NCBI GenBank assembly: GCA_963669175.1
Contig: OY769902.1
Span: 736,001-800,000 of the forward strand
Direction: 5' to 3'
DNA length: 64,000 nt
Source of the DNA: a bacterium
GTDB lineage: Bacteria; Electryoneota; Electryoneia; Electryoneales; Electryoneaceae
Position numbers and translations under genes: made by a program. The notes under the pieces were generated by a model that had not been told where the DNA came from, searched no databases, and saw only the letters and a program-made list of their open reading frames with translations. The first letter of the stretch is position 1. Each line of letters opens with the position of its first letter. Of the stretch, positions 40,203-50,760 are shown in pieces.

Positions 40203-41171
40203 CTATTCCGCGGCAGCCTCTTCGAAGAAGCCTATTTTGCCATACTTGTCAATACGACGGTCGATCATTTTGTCGATATTGGCACGTTTCAGAACACGCA
40301 AATGCTTGAGGATCGTTTTCTTCAAACTGCTTGCAGAAGCATCCCAGTCACGATGTGCGCCACCTTCCGGCTCCGGGATGATCTCGTCGGTGATCTCCAG
40401 CTCATCCAGATCGTGCGAGGTTAGTTTTAACGCTTCTGCCGCTTTGTCCGCCATGGAGGCGTCACGGTAGAGAATCGACGCGCAGCCTTCCGGGCTGATC
40501 ACGGAATACACCGAGTATTCCATCATCAGGATACGGTCAGCGACACCTAACGCCAGCGCACCGCCGGAACCACCTTCACCGATGACAACCGCGATGATCG
40601 GGACACGGAGTTGACTCATCTCGAACAGGTTGCGTGCGATAGCTTCCGCCTGGCCACGTTCCTCCGCGCCGAGACCGGGATACGCGCCAAACGTATCAAT
40701 CATGGTGACCACCGGCAGGCCGAATTTTTCCGCGAGCTTCATAATGCGAAGCGCTTTCCGATACCCTTCCGGGTTGGGCATACCAAAATTGCGGTACATG
40801 TTCTGCTTGGTATTGCGCCCCTTCTGGTGTCCGATCAGGGCGATACGGAATTCCTCAATCGTGGCCAGTCCCGCTACGATAGCGTGGTCGTCGGCAAAAT
40901 GACGGTCGCCGTGGAGTTCTTCAAAGTCTGTCGTGATCCGTTCAACATAATCAAGCATGAAGGGACGGGCCGGGTGTCGCGCAATCTGCACCCGCTGCCA
41001 ACGTGACAGTTTGCTGTACACTTCCTGGCGTTTTTTCCTCGCCTTTTCTTCCAACTTGGCGATTTCGTCAATAATATCCACATCACCGGAAGAGGAAAGC
41101 TCACGCATTTCCTTGATTTTCTCTTCCAGCTCTATGATCGGCTTTTCAAAATCAAACACAAATCGAGTCAT
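40203..41171 (-). CDS. accA: Acetyl-CoA carboxylase carboxyltransferase alpha subunit
   Basis: FEKPI, ELHGDR, FGMPNPEGYRKA, AEERGQ, GEGGSGGA, ISPEGCASIL. Confidence 0.98.
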   Translation of the reverse strand: MTRFVFDFEKPIIELEEKIKEMRELSSSGDVDIIDEIAKLEEKARKKRQEVYSKLSRWQRVQIARHPARPFMLDYVERITTDFEELHGDRHFADDHAIVAGLATIEEFRIALIGHQKGRNTKQNMYRNFGMPNPEGYRKALRIMKLAEKFGLPVVTMIDTFGAYPGLGAEERGQAEAIARNLFEMSQLRVPIIAVVIGEGGSGGALALGVADRILMMEYSVYSVISPEGCASILYRDASMADKAAEALKLTSHDLDELEITDEIIPEPEGGAHRDWDASASSLKKTILKHLRVLKRANIDKMIDRRIDKYGKIGFFEEAAAE

Positions 41172-42862
41172 CGTTGCCTCATCTGAATGGTCGGTCGGTC
41201 TTTTCCCTTCACCCCGGCGAACCAGCCGCCGGCCACATCGATTGCCAGTAACGGCATACGTTCATCCCGGTCGAACCCATCCGGGATTACCTGGATCGCC
41301 ACTCCCTTTACCGGGTGTTGGGAAGCGATCCGGAAGATATCCTCATACGAAGCGGACGCGGAAGAGAACAACGCCTCCCGAATCCTGTGTTCACGGGATA
41401 CCTGCGACAGGTCTGTTGCCGTTCCCAGTACCGGGAGTTCATCAATCGTGTCCCCGAGACGCCCCTCGTCAAACACAAGCCATCCAACAACCTCAACGTC
41501 CGGAATCGCGCCCTCCCGAACCCTGCGGACAACTTCACGTCCCAGGCGATCCACGCCGGCGACAACGATTCTGCGCTTCTCCCCTGCGCCAAGCGCCTGC
41601 ACCAGCCAGCGCCAGACGGGAAGCAAAAGAATCGAGGCAACCCCGGCCGATGCGAGCACAACACGGCTGAATTGAATGGCTCTCCAAAAATAGGCGAGAG
41701 CGCCCACCAAGGCAAACCCGAATAACATGCCGAAAAATATGCGGCGAGGTTGAATGCCTCGTGAAGTATATACCCCCATTATGGCAAGAGCGCTACACCC
41801 CAAAACTGCGTACGCGATGCAAACCGCCCACATCTCCAGGGTAATCGGAGCCGGAGCCGGACCCCAAACCGTGGGGAAGTACGTAAACCGAATAATATAC
41901 CCCGTGACAAACAGGCCGAATATCAGTAGCATATCGATGAGCGCCGGTCCCCACAGGCCTGCGTTTTTACGCAACCTTGCGATAAACTCACCAACAAATA
42001 TGCCCAGCTCGATTACACTTCTGGCCAGCAGACCAAAACGTGAGTGTTTCCGGGTGAACAGGCGCATGGCATTGTAAAAATGCTTCTCCCGGTCAAACCC
42101 CTTCTGCTTTGTCGATTCACCCTTGTAATGGATAATCTGGGTGGTTGGGACATAATACAGTTTCCACCCTGCCTGCCCGATGGCCCAGCTCCAGTCCACA
42201 TCCTCACCGAACATGAAATAATCTTCGTCCAGCCCGCCGACTTTTTCGTACACTTCACGGCGAATCATCATGGCTGCGCCAGCAAGGATCTCAACCTCAT
42301 TGACCTCGTCCGGGTCGAGATGTCCCTGTTCATAGCGGTTGAAGAATTTGGATTTTGGAAAGACACTGCTTAATCCGGACAGCTTGCAAAACGAAGCCCA
42401 CACGGTTGGCAGGCCACGCTTACTGGTGACCTGGAAGGTACCGTCACGATTTAACAGTTTCGGGCCAACCGCCCCGGCATCCGGATGATCTTTCAGGAAT
42501 TGCACCAGTGTGGTCAACGAATCTTCCTGTAACAGGCAATCCGGGTTCAGGATCATCAGGAAATCGCCACGCGCCTGCTTCAGGGCCAGGTTGTTGGCTT
42601 TGGCAAAACCGAGGTTGCCACCGGCCTCAATCATATGAACGTGAGGAAATTGACTGCGAACCATCTCCACCGAATCATCGGCGGAATCGTTATCTACGAC
42701 AAATATTTCCAGGGACAGCCCGTTTTGGGCACGAAAAGTCGATTCAAGCGTACGTTGCAGAAAATGACGCACGTTATAGGAGACTATAACAATGGACAAG
42801 TCAATGTGTGAGGGGATGTCTTCCGAAGAAGGAGATCCATGTTGGGTGGACAGGTCGGCCAC
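41168..42862 (-). CDS. GT2 glycosyltransferase with a C-terminal TM region and a Rossmann-like (CoA_binding_3-like) domain
   Basis: SIVIVSYN, VVDNDS, NLGFAKANN, LNPD, FMFGEDVD, then 4 TM segments and IVVAGV. Confidence 0.85.
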   Translation of the reverse strand: MADLSTQHGSPSSEDIPSHIDLSIVIVSYNVRHFLQRTLESTFRAQNGLSLEIFVVDNDSADDSVEMVRSQFPHVHMIEAGGNLGFAKANNLALKQARGDFLMILNPDCLLQEDSLTTLVQFLKDHPDAGAVGPKLLNRDGTFQVTSKRGLPTVWASFCKLSGLSSVFPKSKFFNRYEQGHLDPDEVNEVEILAGAAMMIRREVYEKVGGLDEDYFMFGEDVDWSWAIGQAGWKLYYVPTTQIIHYKGESTKQKGFDREKHFYNAMRLFTRKHSRFGLLARSVIELGIFVGEFIARLRKNAGLWGPALIDMLLIFGLFVTGYIIRFTYFPTVWGPAPAPITLEMWAVCIAYAVLGCSALAIMGVYTSRGIQPRRIFFGMLFGFALVGALAYFWRAIQFSRVVLASAGVASILLLPVWRWLVQALGAGEKRRIVVAGVDRLGREVVRRVREGAIPDVEVVGWLVFDEGRLGDTIDELPVLGTATDLSQVSREHRIREALFSSASASYEDIFRIASQHPVKGVAIQVIPDGFDRDERMPLLAIDVAGGWFAGVKGKDRPTIQMRQR

Positions 42863-42864
42863 GG

Positions 42865-43590
42865 TCAGCTCCCGAACAGACTACCCAGACGCAACTTCCA
42901 CACCATCCATACTGCTTCGACCACAATCTTCTTGTTCATTTTGGAGGTGCCGATAGCTCGTTCCACAAAGACAATCGGGGTTTCAACCAGCTTGAACCCC
43001 TTTTTCCAGGCCATGAACTTGATTTCAATCTGGAAAGCGTAGCCGTTGGAACGAATCAGGTCAAGATTGATCGACTCCAACACCTCCCGGCGGATAATCG
43101 TATACCCGGCGGTCAGATCGCGGAATGGCATTCCGGTAATAATCCTGGAATAGACAGAAGCAAAATAGGACAGTAGCAAACGCTGTAACGGCCAGTTGAT
43201 AACATTGACACCGCTTTTATACCGGCTGCCAATGACAAAATCTGCGCCTTCATCAATACGATCCAGCATACGTGGCAGATACTTGGGGTTATGGCTCATG
43301 TCGGCATCGATTTCAACAACGGCATCAAAACCATCCGCGACAGCTCTTTTGAACCCTGCGACATAGGCTGTGCCCAACCCTTGCTTGGAGCTTCGCTGCA
43401 ACAGAGCGATCCGAGGGGTCGAAGCGGCCCGTTCTTTTACTATTTCCGCTGTTCCATCCGGCGAACCATCGTCAACGACCAGAATGGACAGACGTGGATC
43501 TGCCTCAAGGACATGATCTATGATTTTCTCGATGTTATCCCGTTCGTTGTACGTCGGAATGACTGCCAGAACCCGTTGCAGCTTGTTCAT
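42865..43590 (-). CDS. Polyprenol monophosphomannose synthase-like GT2 (DPM1 family)
   Basis: IPTYNE, VDDGSPDGT, DADMSH, GYAFQIE, FVER..G.SKM. Confidence 0.9.
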   Translation of the reverse strand: MNKLQRVLAVIPTYNERDNIEKIIDHVLEADPRLSILVVDDGSPDGTAEIVKERAASTPRIALLQRSSKQGLGTAYVAGFKRAVADGFDAVVEIDADMSHNPKYLPRMLDRIDEGADFVIGSRYKSGVNVINWPLQRLLLSYFASVYSRIITGMPFRDLTAGYTIIRREVLESINLDLIRSNGYAFQIEIKFMAWKKGFKLVETPIVFVERAIGTSKMNKKIVVEAVWMVWKLRLGSLFGS

Positions 43591-43677
43591 CGCTTTCCGT
43601 TGTTGTTCAGGTGAAAGGAGCTTGCACTGGTTTTATGCCGGACTACGTAAAATAGTTCCGGTTCGCTCAAATCGAAA

Positions 43678-44586
43678 CTAATTAAACGCTGCTTCCTGTT
43701 CACGATAGGCATGCAGGGCTTGCAAAACATCCTTGAAATTCATCTTCAATGCCGCTTCCGTATTATCAACAATCAAACCACTCTGCAAGGGGCGTGGAGC
43801 TGTCTGCCCAAGTAGTTTGGTTAATGTCGGTTTCATATTTTCCGTTGAAAGGTTATACAGTTCAGCTATCTGCTGTGCAAATTCATACCTGCTTAGGATA
43901 CCTCTTCCGGCCGCGTGGAACAAGCCTGTTTTGTTCAGTTCGAGGCTTTTTCGAATCGCCAGCGCAAGATCATCTACAAGGGTTGTGTTGCCGATCTGGT
44001 CTGTGACAATCTTGATCGGTGTTTTCTCCCGGAGTCTCATCACCAGCCAGGCGACAAAACTTGGCTTGAGGCGACGACCATGGCCGTACAGAACCATTGT
44101 TCTGAGTACTGTTGATCCCAGGCCAGGTTGAAGAGCGATCTGTTCTGCCGCCAACTTGCTGGCGCCATAATGCGATACGGGATTGGGACGATCAAGTTCG
44201 GAATACGGGCCTGCTTCACCGTCAAACACATAATCGGAGGAAATCTGGATCAGGCGTGAATCCCATTCTCCTGCAGCTTCTGCCAGTGTTTTTACGGCAT
44301 TCACATTGACAGTCCAGCAGAGATCTCGTTCCAGCTCGCAGGCATCCACATTGGTCATGGCAGCAGCGTTGATGATAATACCAGGCTTGATCTGCTCCAC
44401 CCGGCGCAGGATATCATCACGGTCCTTTAAATCGACCTGGTGGTAATGATAGTTCGCCAGCCCCTGGAACCAGTTTTCCGGATGTAAATCGAACCCATGA
44501 ATCTCGCCGAAATCATTCCCCAGGATTTCGAGCAATTTCTGGCCCAGCAGCCCATGACATCCCGTTACCAGAACCGTATCTCTCAT
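43678..44586 (-). CDS. rfbD: dTDP-4-dehydrorhamnose reductase
   Basis: TGCHGLLG, AAMTNVDACE, SSDYVFDG, YGASK, DQIG, RP. Confidence 0.88.
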   Translation of the reverse strand: MRDTVLVTGCHGLLGQKLLEILGNDFGEIHGFDLHPENWFQGLANYHYHQVDLKDRDDILRRVEQIKPGIIINAAAMTNVDACELERDLCWTVNVNAVKTLAEAAGEWDSRLIQISSDYVFDGEAGPYSELDRPNPVSHYGASKLAAEQIALQPGLGSTVLRTMVLYGHGRRLKPSFVAWLVMRLREKTPIKIVTDQIGNTTLVDDLALAIRKSLELNKTGLFHAAGRGILSRYEFAQQIAELYNLSTENMKPTLTKLLGQTAPRPLQSGLIVDNTEAALKMNFKDVLQALHAYREQEAAFN

Positions 44587-45044
44587 GGAAGCTTACATCC
44601 GTTGGCCATGAATTCGTCAATCTTTGCAGCTACGCTCGTGTCCGTTAATGCGGCAATACGTGCGGCGAAGACTGCCGCGTTTTTCGCCCCAGCTTTGCCC
44701 ACGCTCATCGTGGCAACGGGAACTCCACCAGGCATCTGCACCGTGGAAAACAGCGCATCCAGCCCGTCCATCATGCCGCCTGCCAGGGGAAGCCCGATTA
44801 CAGGCAAACGTGTCCGCGCAGCCAGCGTCCCGGCAAGATGGTTTGCCATACCCGCCGCACCGATGACCGCAAAGAAGTCTTCGTCCACCAGGGACGCTGC
44901 AAACTGGGCTACCTTGTCGGGATTACGGTGTGCGCTGTAGACATGTATTTCATAGGATACACCAAAATATTCCAGGAAAGGTAATGCCGCTTCGACAACT
45001 GTTCTGTCGCTTTCACTGCCCATTACAATCGCTACTTTTCCCAC
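44583..45044 (-). CDS. purE: N5-CAIR mutase
   Basis: MGSESD, SAHRNP, VQMPGGVPVAT. Confidence 0.96.
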   Translation of the reverse strand: MGKVAIVMGSESDRTVVEAALPFLEYFGVSYEIHVYSAHRNPDKVAQFAASLVDEDFFAVIGAAGMANHLAGTLAARTRLPVIGLPLAGGMMDGLDALFSTVQMPGGVPVATMSVGKAGAKNAAVFAARIAALTDTSVAAKIDEFMANGCKLP

Positions 45045-45252
45045 GATTTGCTCCTCCCTAAACTGTTCTTGTTCGATTTGTAAAATGTAAGCATCCAGAC
45101 GGCCTCATGCATCCCTTTTTACCAACACGGGATACACTCATTCTCGGGGTTGGGTGGCTGAGGATTTCGTGGAGGTGGGTCTGTCTTTCTTTGGGTGGAA
45201 TACTTCTGTTAGACTGATTTCGCTGTTTGAACTTTGAACAGGTCAAGATAGT

Positions 45253-45336
45253 GAAAAGGGGACTTTCACCTTTTCGAATTGCCTTGTCACGAAACATTTT
45301 TTTTCAGTGCGACGAATAGGAGGCAGTCACCTTTTC
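45253..45336. repeat. Inverted pair of GAAAAGG(G/T)GAC...CCTTTTC hairpin units
   Basis: GAAAAGGGGACTTTCACCTTTTC at 45253 and an inverted GAATAGGAGGCAGTCACCTTTTC at 45314. Confidence 0.55.
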
Positions 45337-45516
45337 ACTCCAGGCTCTCGTAGATCCAGACTTGCTCTCCACCCGCATCACAAGACGACGATTGACCAGT
45401 GTTGTCCGCATTGCGAGAGTGTCATGCTTCACATTCGGCAAGCCAGGCCATGCAGTTATACTTTGTAAACATGCTGAGATTTCAATACATGTCATCCCGG
45501 AAACGCTGCCGTTTAG

Positions 45517-45987
45517 CCCGAATATTTCATGAACGAAACATGGATAATCATCTTAACACAGTTCATATCAACACATTACAACTGATTCATACAGCATTTT
45601 TCAGGGGACAGTTTGCTCCGGTATCCCTTTGCGTGTCTATTCCCTGTTTCGCTGGCAAGATGAGGCTGAGTATCGGCAACCGCCCCGGCAGGGGCAACCT
45701 GTATTAGCCCCGGGCAGCCGCCGTCAGTTTGGCGGCTACCCGGGGAGATAATGCGCACCATATATTTACTCCGGAAGGAGTAACCTGATAAATATCAAAA
45801 GTATACAGTGGAAATATTCAGGCAACCCGCTGCCGGGGTTGGCAAGTAGCGTACATCCTATTCCCACCGTGAGCGCCAAACAGACGGCGCTGGACGGTGG
45901 GCTAATACAGAGAACCACTGCCGTGGTTCTTGTACTGGCCGTTCCATCAAGTATCACATTGAAATTGCCAGTGGTGAAATCTTCGGG
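45517..45987. mobile_element. 471-bp non-autonomous MITE-like insertion with IS1380-like ends
   Basis: Ends CCCGAATATTTCAT and (reverse complement) CCCGAAGATTTCAC. TTAG is duplicated at 45513-45516 and 45988-45991. An uninterrupted copy of the target lies at 50549-50598. Confidence 0.8.
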
Positions 45988-46097
45988 TTAGCGTTGTCCG
46001 GGATTTACTTCCTTGGATACTTCGCTACGGTTCGCTGGGGATGATACAGGCGGGTGAACCATCCATCCTTTTTCACTTTTTCCACTAACCACTTTTT

Positions 46098-47183
46098 TCA
46101 CTTGGAAAACAACGACTCATATTCCGCATATCCCTCTTCCGCCAGTTTACCACGTGGGATGAAGCGCAGGGATGCGGAGTTGATACAATAGCGCAACCCG
46201 GTGTCCGAATTGGAATCATCGAACACATGCCCGAGATGTGAATCCGCTCCTGAGCTACGAACTTCGGTACGCGGAACAAGCAGTTTATAGTCCTTTTTCG
46301 TGGTCAATGCGTCCTCTTCAATCGGTTTTGAAAAACTGGGCCAGCCTGTGCCGGAATCATACTTGTCCACCGATGCAAATAGCGGTTCTCCGCTGACAAC
46401 ATCAACGTATATCCCCTCCGCATGGTTGTCCCAGTATTCGTTCTGGAAAGGCGGCTCTGTCCCGCATTGCTGGGTTACCTGATATTGCATCGGGGTCAGT
46501 TTCGTCTGCAAATCCGCTTCACTCATCTTCTGCTCCCGGTTGAACTTGTAGGCGTTTTCACTTTGCCAGGTCTGTTCGATAAAACTCTCACGTCCAGAGC
46601 CTTTTTTGTAACGCTTATAATGAGTCGGATTTTTCTCGTAATAATCCTGATGATACTGTTCTGCCGGGAAGAAGGACGTGAACGGCAGGATCTTTGTCAC
46701 AATCGGACGATCAAACATGCCTGAATTCTGCAAATCAGCCTTCGATTTTTCCGCGAGACGCTTCTGTTCGTCATTGTGATAAAAAATCGCGGTTTCGTAT
46801 TGCGTTCCACGGTCGGCAAATTGACCATACTCGTCTGTGGGGTCTATGTTCTGCCAGAAGAGTTCAAGCAGATGTTCGTATCTGACTACCGATGGATCAT
46901 ACTCGACTTTCACCACTTCAAGATGACCGGTTGTTCCCGAGCAGACCTGTTCATAGGTGGGGTTATCCACATGACCGCCGGAATACCCGGCAAAGACATC
47001 CAGCACGCCATCCTGGTTATGGAACGGTGGCTCCATGCACCAGAAACACCCTCCGGCGAATGTCGCTTCCGCATGTTTTCTGTTACTCATGGTTTCACTA
47101 TCCTTCGACATGACAAATCCCGTGTAACCCAGGCTGATCACCACAACTGCGATGAGGGCCGCCCATATTGTTACGTGCTTCAT
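46098..47183 (-). CDS. msrAB: Bifunctional peptide methionine sulfoxide reductase MsrA/MsrB, exported
   Basis: Signal/TM N-terminus. [35 protein letters not shown]. Confidence 0.95.
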   Translation of the reverse strand: MKHVTIWAALIAVVVISLGYTGFVMSKDSETMSNRKHAEATFAGGCFWCMEPPFHNQDGVLDVFAGYSGGHVDNPTYEQVCSGTTGHLEVVKVEYDPSVVRYEHLLELFWQNIDPTDEYGQFADRGTQYETAIFYHNDEQKRLAEKSKADLQNSGMFDRPIVTKILPFTSFFPAEQYHQDYYEKNPTHYKRYKKGSGRESFIEQTWQSENAYKFNREQKMSEADLQTKLTPMQYQVTQQCGTEPPFQNEYWDNHAEGIYVDVVSGEPLFASVDKYDSGTGWPSFSKPIEEDALTTKKDYKLLVPRTEVRSSGADSHLGHVFDDSNSDTGLRYCINSASLRFIPRGKLAEEGYAEYESLFSK

Positions 47184-47384
47184 GGTTCTGTCCCTCCTGC
47201 AAGATACAAAGTACTCTATAATGTTAGGTACTCTTAATACAAATTTGATGCAGGGGTCGTTCCGGCGTTTCGTAGAATTTGTAGACTCTCAGGGATAGAA
47301 TTGTCTCATGAAAGGATGAGTCGTCATTACTTATCTCAAAACTCCTTTTATGGTGTGCGCAGGTCGCTTTGTCTTTTGGTTTGA

Positions 47385-47792
47385 ATGGTGTATCTTCAGA
47401 AAAACTATCCAGGGACTATGACCGAACAAATGGTGAACATACTGCGATTGGTGATGGCGGGGGTGAATGGACTCCTGTTTGCAGTCGGACTCTATATCGT
47501 GATTTACCAGCTTCGCTTGAAGCCGGCTCGGTGGCGTCGCCTGTTGAAACAACTGGTTGTGGAAGTGAATAAAAAGGAGCTGGGACTCACGGAAGATGAT
47601 GAGCCTGACGAAAAAGAAAGAAGAGAGCTGGAGGAAAAGCAGCAACAGATTGATAACTTGCATAAATTATTACGAAACCACTATCGAGAGACTCGATCCA
47701 TCGTTATCATTGCCTTTGGGGGGTTAATGATGGCGGTATCATTGTTTGCACTGGCCAATCTTCTCTATATGCCTTTTGATAGTTTCATGTAG
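47385..47792 (+). CDS. Hypothetical two-TM membrane protein
   Basis: Two hydrophobic helices around a charged coiled-coil loop. The start is uncertain. Confidence 0.6.
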   Translation: MVYLQKNYPGTMTEQMVNILRLVMAGVNGLLFAVGLYIVIYQLRLKPARWRRLLKQLVVEVNKKELGLTEDDEPDEKERRELEEKQQQIDNLHKLLRNHYRETRSIVIIAFGGLMMAVSLFALANLLYMPFDSFM

Positions 47793-47845
47793 CTGAGTGC
47801 AGCAAGGGATTAATGGGGGAAGTGACCAACTCACGAGGGGAGACC

Positions 47846-48274
47846 ATGGGCATTTCACAGCAGATTAATACTCCGGACGGCATAGAACGAGCTTTGGGCT
47901 CGAAAGGACGCATTGCCATCGTGGGGTTATCACCGAAAGCGGAACGCGACAGCAATAAAGTGGCGCGTTACCTGTTGGATAACGGGTTTGAGATTGTTCC
48001 GGTTAATCCAATGGTGGATGAAGTGTTGGGCTGTAAATCGTATCCATCGGTATCAGCTATTGTGGGCGATGTTGAGATTGTGGATATCTTCCGTCGCCCC
48101 GACGATGTGCCTCCGATTATCGATGAGGCAGTGCGGAAGGGCGCACGTACTGTATGGATGCAGCTTGGTGTTGTAAATGAGGATGCCGCACGTAGCGCAT
48201 TGGAATCCGGGTTGGATGTTATCATGGACAAATGTATCAAGATCGAGCATCAGAAAAGGAACGTGATCGGATAA
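47846..48274 (+). CDS. CoA-binding protein (YccU family)
   Basis: IAIVGLS, PVNP, VDIFR, VWMQLG, DKCIKIEH. Confidence 0.92.
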   Translation: MGISQQINTPDGIERALGSKGRIAIVGLSPKAERDSNKVARYLLDNGFEIVPVNPMVDEVLGCKSYPSVSAIVGDVEIVDIFRRPDDVPPIIDEAVRKGARTVWMQLGVVNEDAARSALESGLDVIMDKCIKIEHQKRNVIG

Positions 48275-48324
48275 CGAGTGGACCGGTAGTTTAACGATGA
48301 TCGGCACAGGGAGAAAATCCGTCA

Positions 48325-49833
48325 ATGGATAAAGAAGCTGTAACGAAGTACCTGCAAAAATTCATTACGGCCAACAGCCCTGATGTGATGGAGAAATTTC
48401 GTCACGGTGAATACGAAGATGTATTCGAAGCAGCCGCCGATGCCGGGCTGTTCAAACTTGGCGAAGAACCCAGCGCAGAGATCGATCAGTTGTTGATGCT
48501 GTGGGGGCGCATGAATTCAAAGGATCGCCGTTTTGTCGCCCTTATGGTGCACGATGAAATGCCCCCGGACCTGATGGACCCCGATCAATTCTTCTCTTCC
48601 AGTAACACGTCCAGCGATGAAGAGGCCGACGAAGAACCTGGTGAAGAGAAATCGTCCGACGATGATGACGATGATGAAAAAAGTGTTGATGATTTGCTTG
48701 CAGAATTCGCTGCCGATGATGACGACACCGAGGTGGACCCGGAAGAAGTAACAGCAACGAAAGAAGATAAAGAAGATCAACCTGCAGCCGGGAGTGGATG
48801 GGACTCACTGCAGGAACAGCTGGAAGAGCAGCCGGAACCGGAAGAACCTCTGGAGGAAGAGCAGGAAGCAGCCAAACCGGCAAAGAAACAGAAGAAAAAG
48901 GCAACAGAAAAGCCAGCCGAAGCAAAACCCCAGCAGGATACACCCAAGGTAAAACGATGGGTCGCACTGGAAAAGAAACTGGCGAATGTGAAAGACCTGC
49001 CTACGCTTCCCGGTGTGTTTACCGAAGTGCTCCGTATCGCGGCAGACCCGAAAAGTGATATTCAGAGCCTGCAACGTGTCATCGTGCAGGATCCAACCCT
49101 GTCCAGCACAATTCTCCGACTGGCCAATTCTGCGTATTATGGCATCGGGAAAGATATTTCGTCTCTGAACATGGCGCTGGTTGTCATCGGGTTCAAGGAA
49201 ATCTGCAACATTACCACGTCACTGTCTGTATTAAAAACCTTCCCGAAATCCAAGATGGGCAAGGTGTTCGATTTCGATGGTTACTGGGTTCACAGCGCGG
49301 CAGTAGCGGCGACATCGCGTGTGCTGGCTGAACGCTTTCATTCACGCTGGCGTGAGGAAATCTATCTCGCTGGGTTATTGCATGATATCGGGGTTCAATT
49401 CCTGGCAACTTATTTCCCGCAGGAAATGGACGACATTCTCACCTATACCGAAGACAACAACATCCCGCAATGGCAAGCGGAGCTGAAGCTGTATTCTACT
49501 GATCATGCCCGTGTCGGTGCATACCTGGGCGGCGTGTGGAACCTGCCGAAATCATTGCGCATGCTGATCCGCTATCACCACGAAGTCTGGCGAGCAGGTG
49601 AATACGAGTATGAAGCGGCCGTCATCCATGTCGCAAACGAGTTTTGCCACCTCGATGCGGAGCATAATTTCCACGGGTTTGATCCCGAATTGCTGGCAAA
49701 TCACCCGGCCTGGAAAATCGTTACCGATGGCAAACCGATCTCCTACGATGAAATCAATGAATTGCTGGAGAAAATGCAAAAAGAAGCGGACCTGGCAAAA
49801 GAGTTTATCATGAATACAATCGCCCAGTCCTGA
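48325..49833 (+). CDS. HDOD-domain signalling protein with an acidic low-complexity linker
   Basis: LPTLP, DPTLSSTILRLANSAYY, WVHS, AGLLHDIG, DHARVG, WNLP, IRYHH. Confidence 0.9.
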   Translation: MDKEAVTKYLQKFITANSPDVMEKFRHGEYEDVFEAAADAGLFKLGEEPSAEIDQLLMLWGRMNSKDRRFVALMVHDEMPPDLMDPDQFFSSSNTSSDEEADEEPGEEKSSDDDDDDEKSVDDLLAEFAADDDDTEVDPEEVTATKEDKEDQPAAGSGWDSLQEQLEEQPEPEEPLEEEQEAAKPAKKQKKKATEKPAEAKPQQDTPKVKRWVALEKKLANVKDLPTLPGVFTEVLRIAADPKSDIQSLQRVIVQDPTLSSTILRLANSAYYGIGKDISSLNMALVVIGFKEICNITTSLSVLKTFPKSKMGKVFDFDGYWVHSAAVAATSRVLAERFHSRWREEIYLAGLLHDIGVQFLATYFPQEMDDILTYTEDNNIPQWQAELKLYSTDHARVGAYLGGVWNLPKSLRMLIRYHHEVWRAGEYEYEAAVIHVANEFCHLDAEHNFHGFDPELLANHPAWKIVTDGKPISYDEINELLEKMQKEADLAKEFIMNTIAQS

Positions 49834-49938
49834 TTGGATGTAGTTGTCTCACCTGTGGATCGTGACACCTTGTCACAGGCGAAAAATGGGACTGATACCT
49901 TTTTATGTTCTCAAATGCAGGATAATTTTAGTGATTCC

Positions 49939-50258
49939 TCACAAGAATTTGTGCATCCGGGCAAAGTTGTGGCAGGTCTTGACGCGACATTCCGTTTTCG
50001 GCTTTCGCAATGTATTTCTGAATGCACATGATACTGAAACCACCTCTCGTCCTGTTATTGTCGCGTTGTGACCTGCCACCGGTATCAGCACCCTCGCTGT
50101 CGTCAGGTCTTGACGTGATGCCTGATGACGATCTATCATGCGAGATAGCAGCTGTGAAGTCGGACAGGTGTCTGAAATTGCGGAGAAGAACAAGAAAAAG
50201 GCATCACGTCAAGACCTGACGAAACGTGCTCGTCGATAATATGCACAAATTCTTGTGA
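49939..50258. mobile_element. 320-bp MITE-like element with perfect 18-bp terminal inverted repeats
   Basis: TCACAAGAATTTGTGCAT at 49939 and its reverse complement at 50241-50258. An internal perfect 24-bp IR at 50100-50123 / 50199-50222. Confidence 0.65.
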
Positions 50259-50548
50259 CCTGCCATTTTAATTACGTATTGATGAAAAGGTATCTGTACC
50301 GAATTTTTCGCTTTTTCCAGCTTGATTATCTCTTACGGGAAAATGTTGGTACAGTTACCTTTTTCGCAACACATTTTCTGGTAAAACTATCAATCAAATG
50401 CACATAATAAATAATATCAGCAATTCATAACACACTCGCTGGCGAAAAAGAGTAAAAGTCCCCATTTTCCGTAGGCATATACCTGTTTAGTTACCTCAGA
50501 CGGGTGGAAACCTACAGGGGCACCCGACCAGACACAAGCCAAAACAGT

Positions 50549-50598
50549 GTCATCCCGGAAACGCTGCCGTTTAGCGTTGTCCGGGATCTACTCCCTGG
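50549..50598. repeat. REP-like palindrome (intact copy)
   Basis: GTCATCCCGGAAACGCTGCCGTTTAGCGTTGTCCGGGATCTAC. An interrupted copy lies at 45491-46008. Confidence 0.75.
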
Positions 50599-50760
50599 GA
50601 CACTCTTGCTACAGCAGGAAGCTTGAAATTTGCCCCTGTTCCGAGAATGCCAGCCTCAAAAGTTGCTTCCTAACGCTTGCCGGCATTGTTCGGGAAGCCT
50701 TCCTCTTGTACATTGCACAGATTCTACAGCGACATTCAGCCAACAACATAGAGGATGTTC

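Noticed and set aside
45058-45957. Short ORFs in the purE-msrAB gap
   Set aside because: They translate repeat and MITE sequence and have no coding-like features.
46963-46971. Perfect DnaA box TTATCCACA
   Set aside because: Isolated and within the msrAB coding sequence; likely chance.
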